64,000 nt of DNA, from positions 62,001 to 126,000 of the forward strand of contig OZ025717.1 in NCBI GenBank assembly GCA_964019335.1. The letters are read 5' to 3'. The notes below the pieces were generated by a model that was not told the origin of the DNA, ran no database searches, and saw only the letters and a program-made list of their open reading frames with translations. Positions 44,766 through 54,815 of this stretch are shown in pieces. Within the stretch, counting starts at the first letter, position 1. Each line of letters begins with the position of its first letter. This DNA is from Diplonema japonicum. Lineage: Eukaryota; Protista; Euglenozoa: Diplonemea. The position numbers were made by a program, and so were the translations under genes.

Positions 44766-46268
44766 TTAAACTTTGTGTACGAAAACTTCGAGGCCGTTGC
44801 TGTCCAACTGCCAAGTGGCCGAGGGCTTCATCTTGGGGACAAACCCTTCACGCATAGAGAACTTGAAGTTCGCGAACAGCGTCAACAGGGCAATCTTCCC
44901 CTCTAGCATAGCCATATTCTTTCCCAAGCACAGTCTTGGCCCTGCATTGAAGCTCGAGTACATGTAATCATCGTGGGTCCCGTCCATCCATCTCTGAGGG
45001 TTGAACTTTACAGCGTCGTCCCCCCACAGCTTCTCATATCTATTTGTTGCAAAGGGCACCCAATTGACACGAACGTCGGTAGGGACCGTGATCCCAGAGG
45101 GGAATGTTGTCTCGTTCAAACAAACTTTCTCGTTGGCTGGTACCGCAGGGAACAGGCGAAGGGTTTCAAACAGAACAGCCTCCGCAACAGAGGCATTCTC
45201 GACATCGTCGAATGTAAGAATATCTTGCTTGTTTCCACCAGAACATGCCATTGCCTCCTCGTGCAGTTTGTCCTGCCACTCTGGGTGCTCGCAGAGACAC
45301 TGCATGGCCGACGTCAAGGCAGACCCCATGGTGTCCCTGCCAGCGATGACAACGTTGAGAATCATATGCATGACGAACTCCTTGTCGAATGTGCCGCCTG
45401 ACCTTTCTTCGTTTAGGAACAGTCCAGTCATTGTGCGGTCGTCCATGACAATATCTTTTTTCAAGCTGCCGTCCTGTTCCATGTACTGGTCCATCACTTC
45501 TGTGACATATGCCTTCACCACCTTCAGGCCTGTGGCGATACCTTGCTCTGAAGGGAGCTGTAGGAATCTGTTCAACTTCCACCATGGTGTCCTGAACCTC
45601 TGCAGGATACCACGCTGGATGTCGTCGAAAGCTTGTTGGAACTGAACGTCCTTCTCATTCCCTTCCAGGGAACTGACCTCTCTGTTGAACGCTACTCTGT
45701 TGATGCAGTCGAATGTGAAATGGTAGAAGAAGGGCATGATATTGACCGCCTTGCAGGTGGTTGTGGCTGTGTTGTCCAAGACTTTGACAAGAGCCTGTGC
45801 GTGCGTGCCGAACACAATGCTCATTCTCTCCCTGAGCTGTCGGCGGTTGAACAGCTTTGCCATGATGTTGCGCTGTTCCTTCCACACGCTGCCGTCTGTG
45901 TTGAATATACCCTGCCCGAGGAGGCTGGAAAAATTCTCGACAAACTCGGGCGATTTTACGAAATTGTTGAATCTGTCCTTCAGCAGGAATTTAATGTCTT
46001 CCTTCTCCACCACAACAACCGCCATCTTGCCCCCCACAGCGGACCACCCGAAGCTGTTGTACCCGTTCCCTTTGAGCTCTTCATACACAAATTGCGGAAA
46101 TCCAGAGTTGCCCTTCAGGATATTCTTCACGGCACCGAGAGTGGTTCCGAAGAAAGGTAGATGTCCCTTATTCATGGGGATGCCCTTCAGGGTGCGGGCC
46201 CTGTATTTGTAAAGCACGATGCAGAGGAAGCACGCTGCATAGAAGAATATTTGCGTGCAAGGATTCAT
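44766..46268 (-). CDS. Cytochrome P450 (fatty-acid omega-hydroxylase-like)
   Basis: N-terminal anchor, LLG.GIFN.DG..W...R, AGRDT, ETLRL, FNPQRW and haem motif FNAGPRLCLG. Confidence 0.95.
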   Translation of the reverse strand: MNPCTQIFFYAACFLCIVLYKYRARTLKGIPMNKGHLPFFGTTLGAVKNILKGNSGFPQFVYEELKGNGYNSFGWSAVGGKMAVVVVEKEDIKFLLKDRFNNFVKSPEFVENFSSLLGQGIFNTDGSVWKEQRNIMAKLFNRRQLRERMSIVFGTHAQALVKVLDNTATTTCKAVNIMPFFYHFTFDCINRVAFNREVSSLEGNEKDVQFQQAFDDIQRGILQRFRTPWWKLNRFLQLPSEQGIATGLKVVKAYVTEVMDQYMEQDGSLKKDIVMDDRTMTGLFLNEERSGGTFDKEFVMHMILNVVIAGRDTMGSALTSAMQCLCEHPEWQDKLHEEAMACSGGNKQDILTFDDVENASVAEAVLFETLRLFPAVPANEKVCLNETTFPSGITVPTDVRVNWVPFATNRYEKLWGDDAVKFNPQRWMDGTHDDYMYSSFNAGPRLCLGKNMAMLEGKIALLTLFANFKFSMREGFVPKMKPSATWQLDSNGLEVFVHKV

Positions 46269-46850
46269 TTTTATTTAGATGTGTAAAATAGAACTGTTTT
46301 TTTTTTTTTGTTATTATTATAATTTGCAAAGGGGACTCGTTTCTTAAAAAGGGACTTTGCGTTCACCGACCAATGACAGGGGGACGGCTCTTGTTTTTTT
46401 TTTCTTTGTTTTTTTTTTTTTTTTTTGAGGGAAAGAAAAATGGATTAAAAGTAGAGAGTTAGTAACGAAGAAAACAAAAAAAAAAAAAAAAAAAAAAAAA
46501 AAACAAGAAAATAGCATTCAATACCGAACGAATAATAAACAAGAAAATGAAGTGTAAAAAGGAGAGGTGTGCTTTGCTTTCTCTCTTTTTCTTTTCTCCT
46601 GACGGAAACAAAGAAAAAGAAGAAAAGCACAGTGAGAACGTTTTTTTTTTTTTCTTTTTTCTTTTTTCTTCCTTCTCCCGTTTTCTTTCTTTTTTTTTAT
46701 TTCCGAAGAAAACGAATAGCATAATAACGAATATGGAAAGGGAATGGGGGGGGGGGGGATATTTTTAATAACAATCCTTCACCGCTCTTTGTATCAAATG
46801 ATTACAAAGAAGCAGCCATAGACAAAGCGAAGTATCCTTCACCTCGCACC

Positions 46851-48926
46851 CTACACGGTCATCTTCCCCCCGATTCTTGCACGCTGCACCAAAGACCGCG
46901 GGACAGGGGACCCCCGGCCTTTAGAAGCGATCGGTTGTTCTCCATGAGACGACACTGGCGAACGGCGTTTCGGAGACCCCCGTGAAGGGGGAACAGGAGG
47001 AGAACCTGAACTGATTGAAGCGGAGGTACCCAAAGAATCTCCATCAGCAGCTTCATCGGGCGGCACCCCAATGCTGGAAGATCTACTGAACCGGTGCCTC
47101 CTTGTGGGTGTAAGAGGACGGGTGACTGCTTCTTGGTTAATAGAATTTAACTCTTCGGCTGTGAGACAGAAGTCGTTCAGCAGCAACGTGTTATTCATCT
47201 CAACGTCACCCAGAGTGTCATCGAGATCATTAACACTACGATCTGGTACTGTTGCAAACCGGTACACAGCCATGCAAGTGTCGGTGCACCACCTAGCACT
47301 GCAGATTGTGATGGTGAGGACAACGAGCAGGGCCGTGCTGGTGTTGGAGTATCCAGACAACAACAGTGCGAAGGACAGGAAGAGCCCTGCAGCTATGTCC
47401 ATCACTGTGTTCATCGGGCGTGCAAACGGCCTGTGCCACACAAGGACACCCGCATACCCGACATGCACTGCGGCCAGAACAATTCGTTTGTAATAGCACC
47501 CGTCTGCTGTGCCCGTGTGCGCACTCTGCACGGCGCACACCACCACTGTAAACCCTATCTCGACAAGCACAAACCACGCGGCCACCATAGGTGTGTACGT
47601 AAGGTACACCGCGCCATACCTCCTCCTGCACCCCTCCTCGACGGACACCCACTCCCCCGATCCCTTGATCATGTATGCTAGCTTAGTTTCAGCTGTCACG
47701 GAACCGAACACAGCAACTGTATTGAAATCGGGTGCCTGCTTCCAAGACAGCTGCAATCCCACCCCCACGGTAAGGAGGGTTGCTCCACCAAGGTACCAAA
47801 GATCCGAGTTGAACAGAAGCGTGAATGAAGAGAAGACGATGCCAGGGAAGGCAGCAAAGAAGACAAGAAGAGAAAGGTAAGGGAAGAGAACGTTTGCCCG
47901 CCAGCGGGAGAGGAAAGCTACCGCAGCGTGGGTTCCAAGGAAAGCTAGGAAAACCGCAGTATTAAAGAAGAGGGGGGCGGTGTAGGGGGGTGTGCCCATG
48001 GAGGGGTACACGTCGATGAGTTGGTCGCAGGGAAGAAGGGTGACAAATAAACGGCCTCCTGCTAGCGGGCCGCCTGCAAACGGGGAACACACTTGAAGGA
48101 ACACGGCCACCCAAGTTGCGTACTTCAGCCATCTGCTCATCATATTAGACTGCTCGTCCACCTCATGAGGTCTCAACCAGCATGACGGCGACACCACCTC
48201 CACGCTCAGGAACTCCATCCCTGGCGAGCCCCCACCGATATTGATGGTACAAAGGCCATGCTTCACAGTGAACTCCAGTGGTTGTTCAGCAGTGGACCAT
48301 TTCATCCATGGGCTGCCATCGACAGATATTTGCGCATGCTGTCCATTCACTGTTGTCCCTGTCACACGGACGTTGTGGTCATCGGTGGAACTGTCGCACC
48401 ACAAGGGGACCTGCAGCACGCCGCAACACGACACGTCGCCCAAAGGGCAGTCATCGTTAAGGGAGTCGAACTCAACACTGCGTGCCACCTTCCACGGAGA
48501 ACGCAACGTGATCGCCTGCACGGCTTTGATACTGGTGCCCCCCGTGGCTTTCCAAACACATGTCTCTGGGTGAATGGTCAGCACTTCAATGCGACTGTCG
48601 CCTCTCAAAGCGAGCGTGTGCGTTGCATTCGGCGTCACTTTGCTTTTTACCAAAGGCGTCCATGCTGTGTGGATGCCATCGTCGACTTGCACGGTGATGT
48701 GTCCTGAGGCGTCTCTCGTGGATATCTCCCACCAGGCTTCCTCTCCACTGCATGTAAACAAATATTCCGCACTGCCCCCTGCCCCTCCTTCAACTGTCTC
48801 GAGAAGTCTCATCGGTGCTGTCACCTGACCGTCCGCAGCAGGCATGATGTCGGCGGCGGTGCATCCTGCAGATGCCAAGGCCAAGGCGAGAAGCGTGAAG
48901 GATGGCGGTGTTGTGTTACATTTCAT
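46851..48926 (-). CDS. Signal-peptide, multi-pass membrane protein of unknown function
   Basis: 691-aa ORF with a beta-rich ectodomain, seven or more hydrophobic segments and a Ser/Pro/Arg-rich tail. Confidence 0.8.
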   Translation of the reverse strand: MKCNTTPPSFTLLALALASAGCTAADIMPAADGQVTAPMRLLETVEGGAGGSAEYLFTCSGEEAWWEISTRDASGHITVQVDDGIHTAWTPLVKSKVTPNATHTLALRGDSRIEVLTIHPETCVWKATGGTSIKAVQAITLRSPWKVARSVEFDSLNDDCPLGDVSCCGVLQVPLWCDSSTDDHNVRVTGTTVNGQHAQISVDGSPWMKWSTAEQPLEFTVKHGLCTINIGGGSPGMEFLSVEVVSPSCWLRPHEVDEQSNMMSRWLKYATWVAVFLQVCSPFAGGPLAGGRLFVTLLPCDQLIDVYPSMGTPPYTAPLFFNTAVFLAFLGTHAAVAFLSRWRANVLFPYLSLLVFFAAFPGIVFSSFTLLFNSDLWYLGGATLLTVGVGLQLSWKQAPDFNTVAVFGSVTAETKLAYMIKGSGEWVSVEEGCRRRYGAVYLTYTPMVAAWFVLVEIGFTVVVCAVQSAHTGTADGCYYKRIVLAAVHVGYAGVLVWHRPFARPMNTVMDIAAGLFLSFALLLSGYSNTSTALLVVLTITICSARWCTDTCMAVYRFATVPDRSVNDLDDTLGDVEMNNTLLLNDFCLTAEELNSINQEAVTRPLTPTRRHRFSRSSSIGVPPDEAADGDSLGTSASISSGSPPVPPSRGSPKRRSPVSSHGEQPIASKGRGSPVPRSLVQRARIGGKMTV

Positions 48927-49087
48927 TTGCCTCTCTCCCCCTGTCCTGTTTTATGGGTGTTTCGTGTCTTTTTTGTTTTGGCTGTAGGAAACAAAAACAA
49001 AAACAAAAAAAAAAAAAGAGAAAAACTAATACTTACGAATAGGCAAACTTACTACGGGGGATTGTGTAAATAAAGGGAAGTGGGGGA

Positions 49088-50557
49088 TTATTTAACCTGA
49101 GTTGGATCATCGGCAAGGTCGACCTTATACCGGTTCCGCAACGGGGGGTCAGGGGGGTAGTCCTTCATGTTAGTAGAGAGGTCAGGGTGGGTGTAAAACC
49201 ACCTTTTATAATCGTTAAGAACAGCCGATCGGTGCTCAAGACTCTGCACCACGGTGTCCAGCGCATCGTTCCGGAGTGGGGGGCCGTCGGGGTTGTACGT
49301 GAAATGCCGACGGATGGAGAGAAGGGCTTTGCGTTTGGAAACGATATCCGCCTGCGGGATCGCCTTTAGGATGTCAACCATTCTGCCGGATATGACATCT
49401 TCTTCAGGCATGAAAACGGCAAAGGCTGTGTAGTTCAGCAGACCCTCGAACGGGTAGACACATAAATCGCAAACCAACACGGGAATGCACCCTGACAACA
49501 CTGCCGATGTAGGCCGCCGGCTTGACAAACCATCGCCTGCTGCATGGACACAAAACACGCTTCGTTTGAACATCTCAGGGTAGTCCACAGGAACGCCCAG
49601 CCTCTTGGTGTCCACAACGTGCGACCCGAAATCTTGGTACACACATTTAAAACCCACGTCGCCTGCGTGGCTCGTCAGCTCCTTCTTGATCCACCTTCGA
49701 ACCCCTCCTATGGTCGATGTGCCCGACATGAAAACAGCAATGTCCCTACGCGTGTCTGCAGCGACAACATTTTTAAGCCCCGGTGAGAAATCAGGATACG
49801 GGACAATGACAGAGTGCATGGATTCCGTGAATTTCGGTTTCAAAGCCAGCGAGAAATCTTGAAATTTGTTCCGGCCCATCAGCTCCAGGAACTCGTACGA
49901 TATGTAGTTGATGCGAGGAAACAGCCTCGTGAGGTGCTTGAAGAACCGAATGGTCTGCCCGTAGTGCATGCCCCACCTCCACCAGAATATATAGTGGTCG
50001 TGCGCGTGGTAGCGTTTCCAATGGTCGCCCGGCTGCGAGGCGACCCAGTTTAAAATCTCTGTTAAATACTCCATCTTACCAGCACAGTTGTACAAGTGCG
50101 TCATAGCAGGTATGATAAAGACATCTGCTTCCGCCTTGTCGTCAGTATGCTGCGGGTGGTACCGCATGTAGCGTGCGATGAACGTGTCAACTGTGAACAG
50201 AGAATGCGCGTGCCGCCAGTCAAGCATAGTGTAGTTGGTCTTCTTTTTGGCATCTCTGTTGCACACGGATCGGTGCCAGTTAACTTCAAGATCCTTCAAT
50301 GCTCCAGATATGTACTTGCTTGGAATGTCGTAAATGTGGAACTTAAATACTTTTTTTCTGTACCCTTCCCTGTTGCTGTCCTCGTTGGGTACAGCCGGCG
50401 GTGGTAGAGGTGGTCGAGGTGACGATGAAGACAACGAAGCACAGGGAACAGCAGGCAGTGTTAGATTCACCATTTCATTCCCGACCCTGTGTCCCCACAC
50501 CATAGCTACTATTACAAGTATTGTCGCTATGGTGATGGCGAATCTTATTAGCAGCAT
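49088..50557 (-). CDS. Exostosin-like glycosyltransferase (GT47)
   Basis: Type II anchor, FHIYDIP, AEADVFIIP and S.FC...GDG.SSRR...AVLSGCIPV. Confidence 0.9.
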   Translation of the reverse strand: MLLIRFAITIATILVIVAMVWGHRVGNEMVNLTLPAVPCASLSSSSPRPPLPPPAVPNEDSNREGYRKKVFKFHIYDIPSKYISGALKDLEVNWHRSVCNRDAKKKTNYTMLDWRHAHSLFTVDTFIARYMRYHPQHTDDKAEADVFIIPAMTHLYNCAGKMEYLTEILNWVASQPGDHWKRYHAHDHYIFWWRWGMHYGQTIRFFKHLTRLFPRINYISYEFLELMGRNKFQDFSLALKPKFTESMHSVIVPYPDFSPGLKNVVAADTRRDIAVFMSGTSTIGGVRRWIKKELTSHAGDVGFKCVYQDFGSHVVDTKRLGVPVDYPEMFKRSVFCVHAAGDGLSSRRPTSAVLSGCIPVLVCDLCVYPFEGLLNYTAFAVFMPEEDVISGRMVDILKAIPQADIVSKRKALLSIRRHFTYNPDGPPLRNDALDTVVQSLEHRSAVLNDYKRWFYTHPDLSTNMKDYPPDPPLRNRYKVDLADDPTQVK

Positions 50558-51086
50558 TTTCTTTTTTTTGTGTGTAAATGAACTTCATAGTTCTTTTTTT
50601 TTAATTTTCGGGAATAGGTAAACAAAGGGGGGAGGGGGGGGTTTGTAATAAAATCAGAGGGGGCATTTTTTTTTTTGGTGATGGATGAGAAGGCGCCCTC
50701 TTTCCGGAAAAAAAAGAGAAAAAAAAAAGAAAAAAACTAAGCAGAAAACTTGTTTCAGGAAGAGAAATGGGCCAACCACGGGTCTGCCCGTTACTCTCCC
50801 TCTCCGCTTCTTTTTATGGGCACACAACAATGGTTTTCTTTTTCTCTTTTCTTTCATTAATAAAAAATTTTGTTTCTTCTCGGGGAAAATATTTTTTTCC
50901 CCTTAAAAAAAATTGCAAAAGCCACGGGAGGAACCACAGTCAAAACGAGGAAAATAAATCGGATATCAATACTCTTTTTTTTCTTCTTCTTTTTTTTTTT
51001 TTTTTTTTTTTTTTACGTTTTGTGTTTTTCTTTTTTCCTTCTTTCTCTCATCTTCGTTCCCATCACAGTGGAGGGAAAAGAGATCT

Positions 51087-51896
51087 TCACGCGAATTTTG
51101 CAGGAAACATTACAGGGGCAAGGAAATTTTGCGTTTCGGACAGGATGAACACGGCGCCGATCATCCTCCCGGTTCGCCATGTCCAGCCCTGGCAGAACCG
51201 GCCAATGCCTCCCTCCGCATAGAGTGTCGAAAAGGTCTGAGGAATGCTCTTAAACTTCTTCCCTTCCACGTCGCCCTGCAAACACGTCTTGATGGTGTCC
51301 ATGGGATGCGAAGCAGACGCAGCAACTACACCAGCACAGATGGCACCGCACGCCTTGGCTGCTGCTGGTGACATGTTGTAGTCCTCTTTGAAGACAGATG
51401 TCAAGACTGGACCAATACCAAGGTATCCCGCGGTGTAGAGCCCTTCCCTGCCAGAAGTCATGGACGCGCCTCTGAGCATGGTAGCAAGGCCTTGCTCTTT
51501 GACAATGGTAACGGGTGTTTGGAAGAGGGAAAGACCCTTCCGTTGCTGCTGGATCATCACGAGCTCCATTGGGGAGCACACAACACCCGACATCATCCCT
51601 CCGATGAGCCCTGCTACGATCTGTTCCTTCTTTGTGAGGTTCCTGCTTTCACCACTCTTCAAGGCTTGCGAGACTGCTCCCGTAAGAGGGAACTGCAGCC
51701 CTGTGGCAACCCCCATGTTTGCTATGCTCACCCCCAACCCCCTGTACAGCAAGGACGGCTTCATCGATATCGGCAATCCCTGCTGCGACGCGTTCTTGCA
51801 GTACAGCGTAGGCTGCATGATCGACACCTCGATGCTCCCGCACACAATACCCAGCAGCGTGTTCTCATGAGGCTCCAAGCGCTCTACGGCTGACAT
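51087..51896 (-). CDS. Mitochondrial carrier (SLC25) protein
   Basis: Three carrier-signature-like repeats: PTLYCKN, PMELVMIQQQ and PMDTIKTCLQ. Confidence 0.9.
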   Translation of the reverse strand: MSAVERLEPHENTLLGIVCGSIEVSIMQPTLYCKNASQQGLPISMKPSLLYRGLGVSIANMGVATGLQFPLTGAVSQALKSGESRNLTKKEQIVAGLIGGMMSGVVCSPMELVMIQQQRKGLSLFQTPVTIVKEQGLATMLRGASMTSGREGLYTAGYLGIGPVLTSVFKEDYNMSPAAAKACGAICAGVVAASASHPMDTIKTCLQGDVEGKKFKSIPQTFSTLYAEGGIGRFCQGWTWRTGRMIGAVFILSETQNFLAPVMFPAKFA

Positions 51897-52112
51897 TTCC
51901 CCTTTTTTTTTCCTCTCTCTTTCTTTTAAAAGATTTTTCACCTCCCTCCTTTTTGTAGAAGTCGAATTTCTTTTTTTACAGGGAAAAAAAATTCTTTTTG
52001 GAATGGGGGGGGGTGGTGTGTGTCAAGGAGGGGACAACAAAGGGAGGGCAACCAAATGCCCGGTCCCACACACACTTGTACAATACACTATGAGGGGTGA
52101 GGTGCTGGTTGC

Positions 52113-52592
52113 TTACGCAAAGGGGGTCTCGGCGATTTTCCACGTGGTTACTTTTGAGACGGTGTTTGAGTAGAACACTTTGTGTTTTTTGTAGTCCCAC
52201 TTCACCCTCCAGTCCTGATGCTTTTTGACCAGGACAGGCTTGCCCCCTGCCTCCATCTCCGCAGGCCTGTCCTTCTGCGCCTTTCCGTCAACTATGTATA
52301 AATATTCTTTTTTCAAAGCGCAGTACTGTTCAATGACCCCATTCTCCTCCCTAAGTTGTATTGGTTCAAGGGGGTTGTAAGGTGCTGGTGGTGCAGCTGA
52401 TTCCTGCGCCATTGGTGCAGGACAAGGGGGTAAGGGCAGTTCCTTCTTCATTCCGTCCTTCTCCAGCCACGATGCAAGAAACCCCTCCACATCTTCTGGC
52501 TTTTCGTCCAACAACAGAGCGGCCATATCATCCATCAAATCGTGCACTTCGTGCTTCACAAGGTACTCCCGAACTTCATTGCTGACTTCCAT
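52113..52592 (-). CDS. RIIa/Dpy-30-like docking domain plus WW-like domain protein
   Basis: EYL.KH.V..L...LL.EKPED...FL..W at the N-terminus; W......KVFYSN.VSK.TTW...P at the C-terminus. Confidence 0.7.
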   Translation of the reverse strand: MEVSNEVREYLVKHEVHDLMDDMAALLLDEKPEDVEGFLASWLEKDGMKKELPLPPCPAPMAQESAAPPAPYNPLEPIQLREENGVIEQYCALKKEYLYIVDGKAQKDRPAEMEAGGKPVLVKKHQDWRVKWDYKKHKVFYSNTVSKVTTWKIAETPFA

Positions 52593-52774
52593 TGTCTTTG
52601 CGGGATACCTTTTGGGAGGGGGGGGTGTGGGTGGGCAGAAGATGTTGATATTTGGCTTTGCATTTACCGGAAAGATAAAAAGAGAACAAAAAAAAGAGAA
52701 AAAAAAAACGAATTAAGAGTATCATGAAGGGGAAAGAGAAATAAAAGGCGATGTTTTTAAAAAGGCAAATCCCA

Positions 52775-52935
52775 CTTGAGGACAACCCTAGGGGTCTATC
52801 TTTTGATACTCCTTCTGGAGCCTCGCTTTCGTTAGGCGAAAAAGGCTACCGATTAGTTTCTAGTTGTTGTGTCGCAGCTTCAAGATCTCTAGGGCAACTC
52901 CACCGCTGTCACTTCCATCGCTGTGTCGCCAAATT
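52775..52935 (-). mobile_element. Highly degenerate relic of the retroelement family at 30310-30721
   Basis: Minus-strand GAAGTGACAGCGGTGGAGTTGCCC versus GAAGTGTCAGCGGTGGAATTGGCC (21/24 identical), encoding EV[T/S]AVEL. Confidence 0.5.
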
Positions 52936-53445
52936 AAAAAACGTGCGGGGTTGGGAGGGGGCTTTCTTTTTTTTTTTTTGAAACGACCGGAGGAAAAAAA
53001 AGGGGGGTTATTTGTCGATGGTTTTCTTTTCTTTTTCTCCGGGGGACCCTTCCCCCCATTCCCTTCTTTTTGTTATTATTGTGGAAAGAAACAAAGGACG
53101 AAAAAAAAAAACCCCTCCCCTCAATACCCTAAAAAAAAAATCACAAGGAGGGATAAAAAGGAAAGAGCAGGAAAAAAAATAAATAAAAGGGGGATAGGTC
53201 AATGGTAGTGAAACAAAGGAGAATAAAAAGGGCCTTTAAAATGCCCTTTTGGGTGGACGCCACCTTTGCCCCCCCCCCCCCCCCCCTCTCTTTTTCTTTG
53301 TTCCTGTTACTTAAAACAGAAAATTTAGTTTTCGAGAAAAAAAAGGGGGGGACCATATATTTCAAAAAAAAGAAAACAGAGTTGAAGGTAGTTTACACTC
53401 TTTTCTATCCTCTTCTTCTTTTTTTTTCCCTTCCTTCCTTCCCTG

Positions 53446-53499
<54 letters not shown>

Positions 53500-54815
53500 C
53501 AAACACAGTCTTCCCTGAAGGACAAATGAAAGATAAGGAAAGAGAAAAGAAATAGAAATACTCCCTTTGAATATCTGTCCAACGGAAGGTGGCGGGGGAA
53601 CGGTATCAAGATTGCAGTCCCTACATATCCATCCAAAGAAAGAAGGAGAACCTTCCCCCTTTTATTTCCTCTTTCTTTTGTGGTGAAGGGGGGGGGGATC
53701 TTTAAAAAAAGGTGGTTAGTCGTATTTGGAATCGTCTGTAATGTTACCTTCTTGCTCTATCAAATGACAGAAAGGGGGGGGTGGAAAAAAAGAAAAAAAT
53801 AGAGGGGAAATTCTTTTTAAGCATCGGCAAGGAAAGAAAGTGGGGTTTCAAAAACGAGAACAAAAAAAAAAAAAAAAAAAAAAAAGCAAAACGCCCTCTT
53901 TTTTCCTCTCCTTTTTTCCCCCCCTACTTCAGAAGATGGGTGAACGAAGAAAAAAAAAAAACTTCCAACCCCCCTTCTTGTTCATAGCATAAAACCCATG
54001 GAACGAGATTTAAAAAAAAAATAATAACATACATGGGTCTTCCAACTTCCTCTTCCGAGCCAAAAAAAAAAAAACAAAAAAGCAAAAGAAAATTGGGCGA
54101 TGAGGAAGGAAGTCACGCACTCAATTTCTTTCCCCCCCCCCCCCCCCCTCGTTGTTTTCTTCTTCTATTTCATTCACAATTCCACTTTTTTTCCTTCGCC
54201 TCCGAAAAGACAAGGAAAGAGGTCTTTTAAAAAAGGTAGAGGACCAACAGTAGGAACAAACAAAAAAAAAAATGCGTTGTGTGTTGTGCAGAGAAAAAAA
54301 AATTAGAAAAAAAGGGCGGAGTGGGGCTCATGGTATCGAGAGTGTGCTTTCCCGCCATGTTCCTTGCATTTAAATGCGACAGAGCGGGACAGCCTCTGTA
54401 ACTTGTATTCAATGAAAAAATACTTGTACTTTGTTAAACAAGCAGCCCCCCCCCCCCCCCCCCCCCCCTCTCGAAAAAACCTTTGTGACATATTTTGTTT
54501 GTTTAATTCGTAGTGGGCTTGGGAGAAGGAAAAAAAAAGACCCCCAATTTGTGTAAAGAATATGGTTTGTTTTCTCGTATCTTTTCTTTCATCCCCCCCC
54601 CCCACACACACACAAAACAAAAAAGTATAAAAAATATAATAGAAAAAAAATATGGAAATAAAAAAAAAAACCAAACGGAGACAAAAAATGGGAGAAATGA
54701 AAAAAATACAGATTCAAAAAAAAAACCCCCCCCATCCCCCCTTTTTTCCTTTTACTGTATCAACACTCCTTTTTTTTTCGTTTTTTTTTTTTTTTCCCTT
54801 CGTTTAGTGTTCTCC

